Source: a virus
DNA length: 64,000 bases
IMG/VR virus record: IMGVR_UViG_3300045974_000100
Coordinates: 1 to 64,000 of that record
Direction: 5' to 3' (one strand)
Position numbers and translations under genes: made by a program. Position 1 is the first letter of the stretch. Each line of letters begins with the position of its first letter. The notes beneath the pieces are model-generated. The model was not told the DNA's origin. It searched no databases and saw only the letters and a list, made by a program, of their open reading frames with translations. Below are positions 28,660-37,325 of the stretch, piece by piece.

Positions 28660-29784
28660 GTGGGTGACTTCGGTAGCGACGCTCTTGTGGGTAAGTCGAT
28701 GAAGACTGCCTACAAGACGGGCAGGGCATCCCGCGAACTGGTGGACACCCTTGAACGGTGGTCGCCGTCTAGGACTGGTTTCGGGTTGGACAAGCCAGGT
28801 CCGATGCCGCGTCGTGAGAAGGTCGCGTACCGGGTGGGCTACAAGCAGCCTGAGATGGAGAACGCGAAGCATAAGGCTGAACCGCTTGCTCTTCCTGCGG
28901 CCGCTGTAGGTGCTGGTGGTCTTCTCGTCGCCGCAGAGTATGACCGGGCGAAGAAGCGTCAACGTCGTGTGTCTAAGGGCGACTTGGGCGAGATGCGTGA
29001 GTGGTTGCCGAAGATCTACAGCCACGGCAAGACCATCCGTCGTGTGGATGCGGCGATGGACACGTCCAGGGGTGCTGAGAAGTTCATGGACGCTAAGAAG
29101 CAGCCCACGCTTCGCCGCAAGGCCAAGACTCACGCCGCCAACGCCGCTTACCGTCTTGGCTATCGTGAACCTGAGGTCAAGATCGGGGCTGCCGCAACTG
29201 CCTCTGGTGGCGCTATGGTCGGCGGTCTGACCGCTGTTAACCATGTGTGGCCCAAGGATGCCCACAAAGAGTCACTGGTGGGTAAAGCGTGGAATCAAAC
29301 GGACTACGGGATGCCTCCGTCGGCTCACCCGATCGGCGACCGGATCACTCCGAGCAATGCTGTCTTGGGTGGTGCTGCTGGGGCGGCGGCTGTGTCGGCG
29401 CGGTCTTTCAGCAATGCCCGCAACATGGACAACACGCTGATGGACCGGCACGAACTGAACCAACGGGGCCTGGACTCGGCGAAGTTGAAGCGTCAGGCTG
29501 CACAGAAGGACGTCGACTATGTGCATCGCGGCCGGTCAGTGACCAAGCCGTTGAAGCCGACGAAGTATCGGACGTTGCGAGCCGACCAGGGCATGTCTCG
29601 AGCGATGATCGACGAGGGTCGGGCAGCGGGTCGGGTGCGTCAGTCGTACACGGCACTGGGCCGGGCGGACAAGTTGGCCTCGCATGCGCGTGGTGCGGGC
29701 GCGTTAGGTGCAGTGGGCGCTGTCGGCCTCGGCTACCTGGGTATGAAGATGAAGTCTCGCCAAAATAGTCAGGTGCAGTACTGA
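28660..29784 (+). CDS. Basic Gly-zipper modular protein (putative head cargo polyprotein A)
   Basis: GGGAGG SD; modules delimited by LVGKS/VSKG/LVGKA; repeated AYR[VL]GY[KR]xPE followed by G/A hydrophobic helix. Confidence 0.75.
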   Translation: MGDFGSDALVGKSMKTAYKTGRASRELVDTLERWSPSRTGFGLDKPGPMPRREKVAYRVGYKQPEMENAKHKAEPLALPAAAVGAGGLLVAAEYDRAKKRQRRVSKGDLGEMREWLPKIYSHGKTIRRVDAAMDTSRGAEKFMDAKKQPTLRRKAKTHAANAAYRLGYREPEVKIGAAATASGGAMVGGLTAVNHVWPKDAHKESLVGKAWNQTDYGMPPSAHPIGDRITPSNAVLGGAAGAAAVSARSFSNARNMDNTLMDRHELNQRGLDSAKLKRQAAQKDVDYVHRGRSVTKPLKPTKYRTLRADQGMSRAMIDEGRAAGRVRQSYTALGRADKLASHARGAGALGAVGAVGLGYLGMKMKSRQNSQVQY

Positions 29785-31487
29785 TGACTGAAATGACCGG
29801 TGGTCGGGCTCTGGTCCTCAACAACCCTCCGCAAGGTTTGGGTGCTGGTGAGGAGCAGGCCCTCGATGAGGCGTTGAAAACGTCGCCTGACATCGAACTG
29901 GGTCTGTCCGGTCTGAAGCGGTACGGCGGCATCGTCGACGAAGAGTTCCTGCCGCAGTTGCGCGGGTCGCTCAAGGCGATTCAGATCTACCGGGAGATGT
30001 CGGACAACGACCCCATCATCGGGTCGGCTCTGTTCGCCATCAACAATCTGATCCGCAACGTGGACTGGCGTGTTGAGCCGTCCGGTAAGGACAAGGAGTC
30101 CGCGGACGCGGCGAAGTTCGTCGAAGAGTGCATGGAGGACATGGCCTCTCCGTGGGGTGACTTCATCATGGAGGTGCTGTCGTGCCTGCCGTATGGATTC
30201 GCGTGGCACGAGATCGTCTACAAGAAGCGTGACGGCCTGTACGCCAAGGATGGCGCGCACCGGAGCAAGTTCACTGACGGCAAGATCGGCTGGCGCAAGA
30301 TGCCGTTGCGCTCCCAGGACACCTGGCTGCGGTGGATCTTCGAGGACAACGGTGACGTGAAGGCGTTCGTCCAGTTGGCCCCTCCGACGTTCAAGACGAC
30401 GTACATCCCGATCGAGAAGTCGTTGCTGTTCCGCTACAAGACGTTCAAGGGCAACCCTGAAGGTGTCTCGATGCTGCGCCAGGCCTACCGGCCGTGGTTT
30501 ATGAAGAAGCGCATCGAAGAGTTCGAAGCCATCGGTGTGGAACGTGACTTGGCTGGTTTGCCTGTCATCAAGGTGCCGGCGAAGTACTTGAAGGCGAAGT
30601 CGGGCACGGACGAGTACAAGGCTGTGCAGGGTTTCACGAAGATGGCGAAGTCGTTGCGCCGTGGCGAGTCCGAGGGTGTTGTGTTCCCGTTGGAGTTCGA
30701 CCAGGACTCGAAGCAGCCCATGTTCTCGATCGAACTGTTGGGGTCTCCTGGTGGCCGCCAGTTCAACACGAACGAGATCATCCAACGCTATGAGGAGCGC
30801 ATCCTTCAGACGATGCTCGCTGACTGGCTTCTGGTGGGCCATGACGGCGGCACCGGCTCGTATTCGATGCACGTGGACAAGACCGGCATCTTCCGGACGG
30901 CGTTGAACTCGATCACGCAGATGATCGCTGATGTGCTCAACCGTCACGCCATTCCGCGGCTGTTCGAGTTGAACGGATGGCGCCCGGAGTCGTTGCCGAA
31001 GATCGTCCCGTCTGACGTTGACGCCCCTGACATCACCCAGTTGTCGCAGTTCATGTCCCAGATGGCCGGTATCGGCTTGAACTGGTTCCCGGACGCCGAT
31101 CTGGAGAACATGCTGCGCAAGGCGGCCCGTCTGCCGGTCCTGGACGAGGACGAGATGGAACGCCGGCGCATGTTGCAGCAGAAAGCGGAGTCGACGCAGT
31201 TCGCTCAGGCCAACCTCGAGTATGTGGACTCTCGTTTGCAGCTCGCGCAGGCCCTTGGTGCAGGTATGCCCTCGGATCAGGCCGCCCAAGCGGTGCAGTC
31301 GGGCCGTCAGCAGGACATGCAGCAGGAGCAGGGCCAGATCTCGGCTCAGCAGCAGGAGCAGTCGGCTCAGGCCGGTCATCAACGTCAACTGGAGTCCGCC
31401 GAGCATTCCTCGAAGTTGGCGATCTCGTCGGGGAAGGACAAGAAGCCGGCGGGTGGTGGGAAGAGTGGCGGGTCTTCCAAGACGTGA
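29784..31487 (+). CDS. Portal protein (DUF935 / Mu gp29-like)
   Basis: IYREMSDNDP, LPYGFAWHEIVYK, NPEGVSMLRQAYRPW, ERDLAGLPV, LNRHAIPRLFELN; Q-rich tail. Confidence 0.9.
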   Translation: MTEMTGGRALVLNNPPQGLGAGEEQALDEALKTSPDIELGLSGLKRYGGIVDEEFLPQLRGSLKAIQIYREMSDNDPIIGSALFAINNLIRNVDWRVEPSGKDKESADAAKFVEECMEDMASPWGDFIMEVLSCLPYGFAWHEIVYKKRDGLYAKDGAHRSKFTDGKIGWRKMPLRSQDTWLRWIFEDNGDVKAFVQLAPPTFKTTYIPIEKSLLFRYKTFKGNPEGVSMLRQAYRPWFMKKRIEEFEAIGVERDLAGLPVIKVPAKYLKAKSGTDEYKAVQGFTKMAKSLRRGESEGVVFPLEFDQDSKQPMFSIELLGSPGGRQFNTNEIIQRYEERILQTMLADWLLVGHDGGTGSYSMHVDKTGIFRTALNSITQMIADVLNRHAIPRLFELNGWRPESLPKIVPSDVDAPDITQLSQFMSQMAGIGLNWFPDADLENMLRKAARLPVLDEDEMERRRMLQQKAESTQFAQANLEYVDSRLQLAQALGAGMPSDQAAQAVQSGRQQDMQQEQGQISAQQQEQSAQAGHQRQLESAEHSSKLAISSGKDKKPAGGGKSGGSSKT

Positions 31488-31725
31488 CGTTCTTCGTTTC
31501 GCGCACGGCATGGTGTTGCAGCAGATCCAGCGCGAACAGGGCAATGTTGACGAACTGTTCCACCTGTACCTACAGGAAAGCGCGAAGTCGGGGTGGCCCG
31601 TGCAGGTGGCGGTCTTCAACATCGTCCGGGCGTTGAGTGCGGTGGGCGCGAAACTCGCCGAATCCGTGGACGATGAGGTTGTGAGCAGTCTGACTGTGAG
31701 CCTGATTGGGGATGACCGTGACTGA
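31465..31725 (+). CDS. Small hypothetical protein
   Basis: Fills the gap after the portal; start 31465 or 31510. Confidence 0.45.
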   Translation: MAGLPRRDVLRFAHGMVLQQIQREQGNVDELFHLYLQESAKSGWPVQVAVFNIVRALSAVGAKLAESVDDEVVSSLTVSLIGDDRD

Positions 31726-32980
31726 GCAGATGCCGGAACGGGCTTCACGCCGTAACGCTGCCACTCGTGCAGCTGCGGGTGGGGCCTTGTTTGGTTTGGG
31801 GTCAGCCACGCACTCTCTGGTTCGTTCTGATGTGGACCGTGTGTCGGGTTCGAAGGGTTGGGCGGGCGCCGGCAAGGATTCTGGCCATGTTCTGTCAGTC
31901 GGTCGGCGTAAGTTGGTCGATCACGGCCTTGCAGCCAAGCGAGCCAAGGAAGTGTTCCTGAACCCGGCTCACATCGGTGGGGGCATGTTGGGTCGGGCGG
32001 CCCAGATCACGGGCGCTGGCCTTGCTCTGATGGGCGCGAAGGGCATTGTGGCGCCGTCTGAGAAGAACGCCAGCAAGTTGTCGATGCATAACGAGATCGT
32101 CCGGCCGATGATCAACCACGCCACTCCCATTGACCCGGAGAAGATGGAAGCCCGGCTGCGTCGCCGTCAACCGGTGGCTAAGCGTCTTCCGGAGTCTGAG
32201 TGGAACGATCTGCAGCGCCGTCGTCGGCGGCAGCGGAAGATCGCGTTGACTTCTGGCACGTTGGGTGTGAGTGCTCTGGCGTTGCGTGGTCCGGACGCGG
32301 TGAAGTTCGCCGTCCGCCACAACCCAGAGAAGCTGAAGATGATCACTCCCGCGGTGAAGCACTCTCAGCACGCCTCAAACCTTCTGGGTACTGGTTCGAT
32401 CGGTATCGGCTCGATGGGTGCGTTCAACTCGGCGAAGATGGCCCACCTCGAGCACGAGCACGACAACGAGTTGCAGCGTCTGTCCAACATGGCTTCGTCG
32501 GCTGTCCGTAAGGACGCCTGGTTGGACAAGTACCGTGACCGGATCTCTCCGTCGGCTGAGCACGGATACAAGCATCTGAAGGGTGGTCGCAATGAAGCCC
32601 GAGGTACTGCCGTGGGAAGTGGCCTCTTGTCGGCAGGGTCGGGTGCGGCCGCGATCGGAGCGCTTCGTCGTGGAAACAAGGTCGACGGCGCCATGCTCTC
32701 CGCTGCGGCTCTGTCTTCCGGCATTGCCACGTATCAGCAGGGCAAGAAGGCTCATACCTGGAACAAGAAGTTGGGCAAGATCAAGGCCAAGGGTGAAGAA
32801 CGTGCCGCTCAAGGTATCTACGGCAAGGACCGTGAGGTAGCGAAGGCGTTCGGACTGATTCGACCCCCGAAGCCACCGAAGTTGGGGCCGTCGTCGATCC
32901 GTCGTGCCACCCTTAGACGGGGTGCTTCGGGGGCTATGGTCAACGTGAAGGCTGCGCCTGTGTCTGGAGGACTCCGGTGA
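31718..32980 (+). CDS. Basic Gly-zipper modular protein (putative cargo polyprotein B)
   Basis: PVAKR, AVRKD, EVAKA boundaries; six G/A/S-rich hydrophobic segments; R/K-rich; start approximate. Confidence 0.75.
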   Translation: MTEQMPERASRRNAATRAAAGGALFGLGSATHSLVRSDVDRVSGSKGWAGAGKDSGHVLSVGRRKLVDHGLAAKRAKEVFLNPAHIGGGMLGRAAQITGAGLALMGAKGIVAPSEKNASKLSMHNEIVRPMINHATPIDPEKMEARLRRRQPVAKRLPESEWNDLQRRRRRQRKIALTSGTLGVSALALRGPDAVKFAVRHNPEKLKMITPAVKHSQHASNLLGTGSIGIGSMGAFNSAKMAHLEHEHDNELQRLSNMASSAVRKDAWLDKYRDRISPSAEHGYKHLKGGRNEARGTAVGSGLLSAGSGAAAIGALRRGNKVDGAMLSAAALSSGIATYQQGKKAHTWNKKLGKIKAKGEERAAQGIYGKDREVAKAFGLIRPPKPPKLGPSSIRRATLRRGASGAMVNVKAAPVSGGLR

Positions 32981-35900
32981 CGACAAACGCACGACTCCTT
33001 GAGGTCATCCGTAAGCACGGACGCCAGGACCCGGATGCGGGCTGCCAACTCATCGACCAGGCGCTCATCTCGTACATGGATGACCTGGAGAAGTCGATGG
33101 GTCAGGATTTGGCTGACCTGCGCCTGGCTGCGGCCGGTGAGGCCATTTCCATCGGTAAGCGTGCGCTGGGCCGCGAATATGTGGAGTCGATCGCGAAGGG
33201 TGTGTACCCGGACGACGTTGACATGCTGCAACGCGCCCAGTGGATCGCTGACATTGAGCAGGCGCTGCTTGTGGCGAAGGCCGGTAACCCGTTCGGGCCT
33301 GGTTCTGGCACATCTACGGGTTCTGATGATGTGGAGAACTGGCAGGACGGCTCTCACCGTCGCGTCGTTCGTAACCGGTTCGGCCGGTTCGCCCGGTCCA
33401 TCAGCGACAAGGGCGCCAACCCGTGGTTCGGCCCGCATGCTCGCCGTTCCCCTCGGATCTTGACTGACGCCACCATCGGTGAGGGCAAAGAGGCCAAGTA
33501 CAAGGATTCGCTGTCACCTGAGGACAAGGCGCAAGCCTCGGTTCACCAGGGCCAGTGGAACCACGTCAACGATCTGATGCAGGAGTTCCTCGACTCGTTC
33601 GGGACGAACAAGGGTGTCAACGCGATCGTCACTTTGCGCGGCGAGGACGGCCGGGACAAGTATTGGGAACTCCCGATGGAGGGTGTGGAGCGCGGCAAGC
33701 AACTGCCGAAGCACTACGACTGGCCGTTGGGCGACAAGGCTGTCCAGATCGAGTTCGTTCCATCTGCGGACGCCAACGAGAACGAGATGAAGCGCCTGAA
33801 CGCGTTCGAGAACATGAACCTCATGGGTATGCCTGGCTATGCCCGTATGGCCTCGGTGGACCCGAAGCAGTGGTCGAAGTTGGCGGACACGTTCACGGAC
33901 AAGAACAAGGCCAACCAGTGGGACGAGAACGGCCGTTTGGGCCAGTTCATGGGCCGTACTGCGGCGATCACAGACGTGTTGCAGGCGTCGGGGTTCAACA
34001 ACAAGTACACGGGCCTCGCAGGACTTGTAGGGTCGCTCGGCCCAGATGCCGCGAAGGTGCTGGACCCGTACGTGCGCCAGGCCGCCTACCGTTACCGCGG
34101 CACTGAGACCACGCCGTCTTCGCAGTTGCGTAGCGAATTGGCCACTCCTGCGGCTCACACCATGGACGAGAACGAGGTGTTGGCTGAGCAGGCCCGCGCC
34201 ACTGAGTCTGTAAGGACTGCGCGTCCGGGCGGTTTGCACCCTGTTGATGGTGCGATCGCGTTGGCGTCGAAGAACCGTGAGGAGATGACTCCGGACCAGT
34301 TCAACATGCGTGTCCGAGCCAACCTTGCGGGTGGTTTCCTGGCTGGGAAGTTGCCGAAGGACCTGGCGACCGCTGAACTGTCACGCCGTTCGGGCCACAT
34401 CCTGCCCAGTCAGGGCGTGTTGCTCGACGACAAGGGCAAGATCGTCTCCCAGTCGGTCGGATACGCCGATGACCACTACTTGCCGTTCGACCTCAAGAAC
34501 CTCTCCCGTCTGCGCGGGGGCCAATACGTCCGGACGCGTGTTCAGGGAGGGCTGACGGGAGAGGACATCTACACGGCGGTGCAGACAGGAGCCCGTAAGG
34601 CTTCAGTGGTCTCGTCGTCGGGCTATTTCTCGCTCGAGTTCGCCCCTGATTTCCGTGGCGGCCGCGCGAACAGCGACAAAGCACGCCAAATGTATGACCG
34701 GTACTTGAAGATCCTTCAGGCCGTCGACGAGTCGGGCATGTACGTCCGCGACATCGACCCGTTGAAGAGGGAGCAACTGCGGTCCCGCGCGATCGACATC
34801 GCGAACGGCGACAAGGACATGTTCAAGCGCGAGTTTGAGCGTCTCGTCGACGAGGAGCGCATGAGTTCGGGCCGGGTGGAGGAAGGCGACCTCGACACGT
34901 TGCACGAAGAGGTTGTGCGGGATCTGTCTGCGGGTGGGAAGCAGGCACGTCCGGCTGACATCGCTGACGAGTTTGAGCGTCGGGTGGAGGAGAAGCGCAA
35001 CCTGCAGGCGTCGGAGTTGAAGTTGAACGCTGAAGGGTATGCGTTGGCGTTGCACACGTTGCAGCAGCAGTACCCGTACTTCATTCGGGCGATCGAGTTC
35101 CACGACCTCAAGGGCGCCGGCGGTTTCCTCAACGCTTTGGGTGTGCCTGGGAACGTGCCGGCGAACCGTCACGCCAAGGACATGGGTCGGGTGCGTCGCG
35201 GGGATCTGCGTCCGGACCAGGTCGGGTTCAAGCCGAAGGAAAGCAGCGAGCAGGTCCGTGAATACAGCGCCCCAGCCGGTGCTGCGCCGAAGCCTGCCGC
35301 TATGGAGGGTGAAGACACCGCGGAGGAGGCCTCTAAGCCGACCGACGTGGTGAAGCCGAACGCTCCGAAGATGCCTACGGGCCGGTTCAGCCAGATCATC
35401 GACCAGTCTCGTCCTTCCCTGGACAACCAGAAGGGCCAGACGTTGGGTGCGTTCTTTGACGCCTGCGCGTTGGCCGGCACGAGCAAGTACGAGGAGCGTT
35501 TGGGGCTGGGATCGTCCAGTTTCGACTCTCAGACCACGAACTTGGCTCGCGTCACCTGGTTGATGGCTCATAACAAGGATGACTCGATGGCGGTCCTGAA
35601 TGGGCCGAACGGTGGGGAAGCGGTCGCTGCGTTGGGTGACGCGGAAGCGGTGAAGTCCGCATGGCAGGCCGCATTGGGCTTGTCAGCGAACCCGTCACTT
35701 CAGGGCTCGGATGAAGACCTCGAGACGACAATTCTGGGGTCCAACAAGCGCAGCGTCGTGTCCGACCGGATCGCTGAAATCGCTGCCCGTGCGTCCGATC
35801 TACTGTTCGTCACCTCTGGTCCTGGTCCGTTCACGCCTCCGCGTGGTGACGTGTTCGCTGCTGATGCGCGTGCCCAGTTGCCGTCGCAGGTTCAGTCGTT

Positions 35901-36480
35901 GACGAGTTACGAGCAACTGTTGGCATGGGCTGATAGTGACAAGAAGGGCGCGAACGAGGTTCAGTCACGCGCGAAGCAGTTGATGTCTACTGCGCACGGT
36001 CCGTCGTTGACGGGTGCTTCTCGTGCGGCTCAGGAGCAGTTGAACTTGCTCAAGGCAATCAAGACTGCTCGTCGTGAATGGTCGCGTCGTTCCGATAAAG
36101 AGCGCACAACGAACGCATTCCAGCAGGCCGTGGCCAATGCTTACGGCGCTGGGTTCAAGACGAACATGCTCAGCGGCTTTTTGACCGCGTACAAGCCGAA
36201 CGAACTCACTGATGATGTCCTGCGGACGGAAGCTGAAGACATTCAGTCCGGTTGGACGTTCCTCACCGCGCAGCGCACCTTGAACCTCATGGACGCCAGG
36301 TCGGCTGACTGGGTGGATCGCGTGCTGTCTGGAGGTGGTGGTGCGGGCCCAAAAGCGTGGCCGGCCCCGGATCACAGCCTGGCGGCGTATCAGGTGGGCA
36401 AGTCGTCCTCGCCCCGACGGGTCGTCATCTTGCCGAAGGATCATCCGGTCAGCAAAGCGGTCCAGGCCAGACACATGTAG
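32977..36480 (+). CDS. Large head-associated protein (1167 aa)
   Basis: GGAGG SD; N-terminal SIGKR/SIAKG/LVAKA motifs then RNRFGRFA; lies between portal and protease. Confidence 0.8.
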   Translation: MTTNARLLEVIRKHGRQDPDAGCQLIDQALISYMDDLEKSMGQDLADLRLAAAGEAISIGKRALGREYVESIAKGVYPDDVDMLQRAQWIADIEQALLVAKAGNPFGPGSGTSTGSDDVENWQDGSHRRVVRNRFGRFARSISDKGANPWFGPHARRSPRILTDATIGEGKEAKYKDSLSPEDKAQASVHQGQWNHVNDLMQEFLDSFGTNKGVNAIVTLRGEDGRDKYWELPMEGVERGKQLPKHYDWPLGDKAVQIEFVPSADANENEMKRLNAFENMNLMGMPGYARMASVDPKQWSKLADTFTDKNKANQWDENGRLGQFMGRTAAITDVLQASGFNNKYTGLAGLVGSLGPDAAKVLDPYVRQAAYRYRGTETTPSSQLRSELATPAAHTMDENEVLAEQARATESVRTARPGGLHPVDGAIALASKNREEMTPDQFNMRVRANLAGGFLAGKLPKDLATAELSRRSGHILPSQGVLLDDKGKIVSQSVGYADDHYLPFDLKNLSRLRGGQYVRTRVQGGLTGEDIYTAVQTGARKASVVSSSGYFSLEFAPDFRGGRANSDKARQMYDRYLKILQAVDESGMYVRDIDPLKREQLRSRAIDIANGDKDMFKREFERLVDEERMSSGRVEEGDLDTLHEEVVRDLSAGGKQARPADIADEFERRVEEKRNLQASELKLNAEGYALALHTLQQQYPYFIRAIEFHDLKGAGGFLNALGVPGNVPANRHAKDMGRVRRGDLRPDQVGFKPKESSEQVREYSAPAGAAPKPAAMEGEDTAEEASKPTDVVKPNAPKMPTGRFSQIIDQSRPSLDNQKGQTLGAFFDACALAGTSKYEERLGLGSSSFDSQTTNLARVTWLMAHNKDDSMAVLNGPNGGEAVAALGDAEAVKSAWQAALGLSANPSLQGSDEDLETTILGSNKRSVVSDRIAEIAARASDLLFVTSGPGPFTPPRGDVFAADARAQLPSQVQSLTSYEQLLAWADSDKKGANEVQSRAKQLMSTAHGPSLTGASRAAQEQLNLLKAIKTARREWSRRSDKERTTNAFQQAVANAYGAGFKTNMLSGFLTAYKPNELTDDVLRTEAEDIQSGWTFLTAQRTLNLMDARSADWVDRVLSGGGGAGPKAWPAPDHSLAAYQVGKSSSPRRVVILPKDHPVSKAVQARHM

Positions 36481-37325
36481 ATGCCAACAAGGTCGTCGAA
36501 CTGCGCAACCGGCTCGACAACCTCACTGGCATGGCAGGTGTGAAGAACCAGGTCCAGTCGATCATCGACACGACCGTCGACGACTATCAGCGCATCGAGG
36601 CTGGTAAGCCGCCGAAGGACTCCACACACCACATGGTCATCACTGGCCCGCCTGGTGTGGGTAAGACGATGGTCACGTCCGAGATTCTGGCTCCGCTGTT
36701 CTACAACCTTGGTGTCACTGACCGTCCGTCTGCGGCTGACCCGTTCCGTGCCTCTGACTTGGTGTCCGAGTACGTGGAGGGCACCCGTAAGAAGGTCCGT
36801 GACTGGTGGGAGAAGAACCGTGGGGGAGTGCTTTTCCTCGACGAGGCGTATGTGTTGGCGCCGTCGAAGTCGAAGTACGGCCCTGAGGCGATCGACGAAA
36901 TGATGCAGCTCATGGACAAGGACCGCCGTGATGGGGTCCACACTGTCCTGGTGATGGCTGGTTACCCGCATGAGATGAAGGAGTTCCTGGACACGGTCAA
37001 CCCAGGGTTCAAGTCGCGTATCCCGCACCGCATCAACATGCCTGCGTATTCTGCGGAGGACCAGCACAAGATCTTGCAGGGCATGATGGAGCGCCAGCAG
37101 GACGTGGTGACCCCGGAAACGAGCCGTGTGATCGGTGACGCGGTGGGTCGTCTGTCCACACATCCGAACAACGCGAATGGCCGCACAATGTCGAACTTCC
37201 ACCAGCAGATGTCACGGGCGCGTGCGACTCGTCGGGCTGTGAACCCGGCGTCGAGCGCCATTGACGAGTTCTTGCCGGCCGATGTGAAGCGTGCGGAAGC
37301 GGAAGAAAGCCGGTCTATGTCGTGA
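36348..37325 (+). CDS. CbbX/SpoVK/EccA-like AAA+ ATPase domain (likely -1 frameshift extension of 32977)
   Basis: HMVITGPPGVGKT, SDLVSEYVEGT, GGVLFLDEAY, VMAGY..EM..FL..NPGFKSRI. Confidence 0.88.
   Translation, partial: PKSVAGPGSQPGGVSGGQVVLAPTGRHLAEGSSGQQSGPGQTHVDANKVVELRNRLDNLTGMAGVKNQVQSIIDTTVDDYQRIEAGKPPKDSTHHMVITGPPGVGKTMVTSEILAPLFYNLGVTDRPSAADPFRASDLVSEYVEGTRKKVRDWWEKNRGGVLFLDEAYVLAPSKSKYGPEAIDEMMQLMDKDRRDGVHTVLVMAGYPHEMKEFLDTVNPGFKSRIPHRINMPAYSAEDQHKILQGMMERQQDVVTPETSRVIGDAVGRLSTHPNNANGRTMSNFHQQMSRARATRRAVNPASSAIDEFLPADVKRAEAEESRSMS

Noticed and set aside
29769-31748. 659-aa minus-strand ORF
   Set aside because: Antisense to the portal gene; typical GC3-bias artefact
36357-37325. AAA ATPase as evidence of a type VII secretion system
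   Set aside because: No FtsK/EccC, WXG100 or TPR domain; only the AAA family is shared
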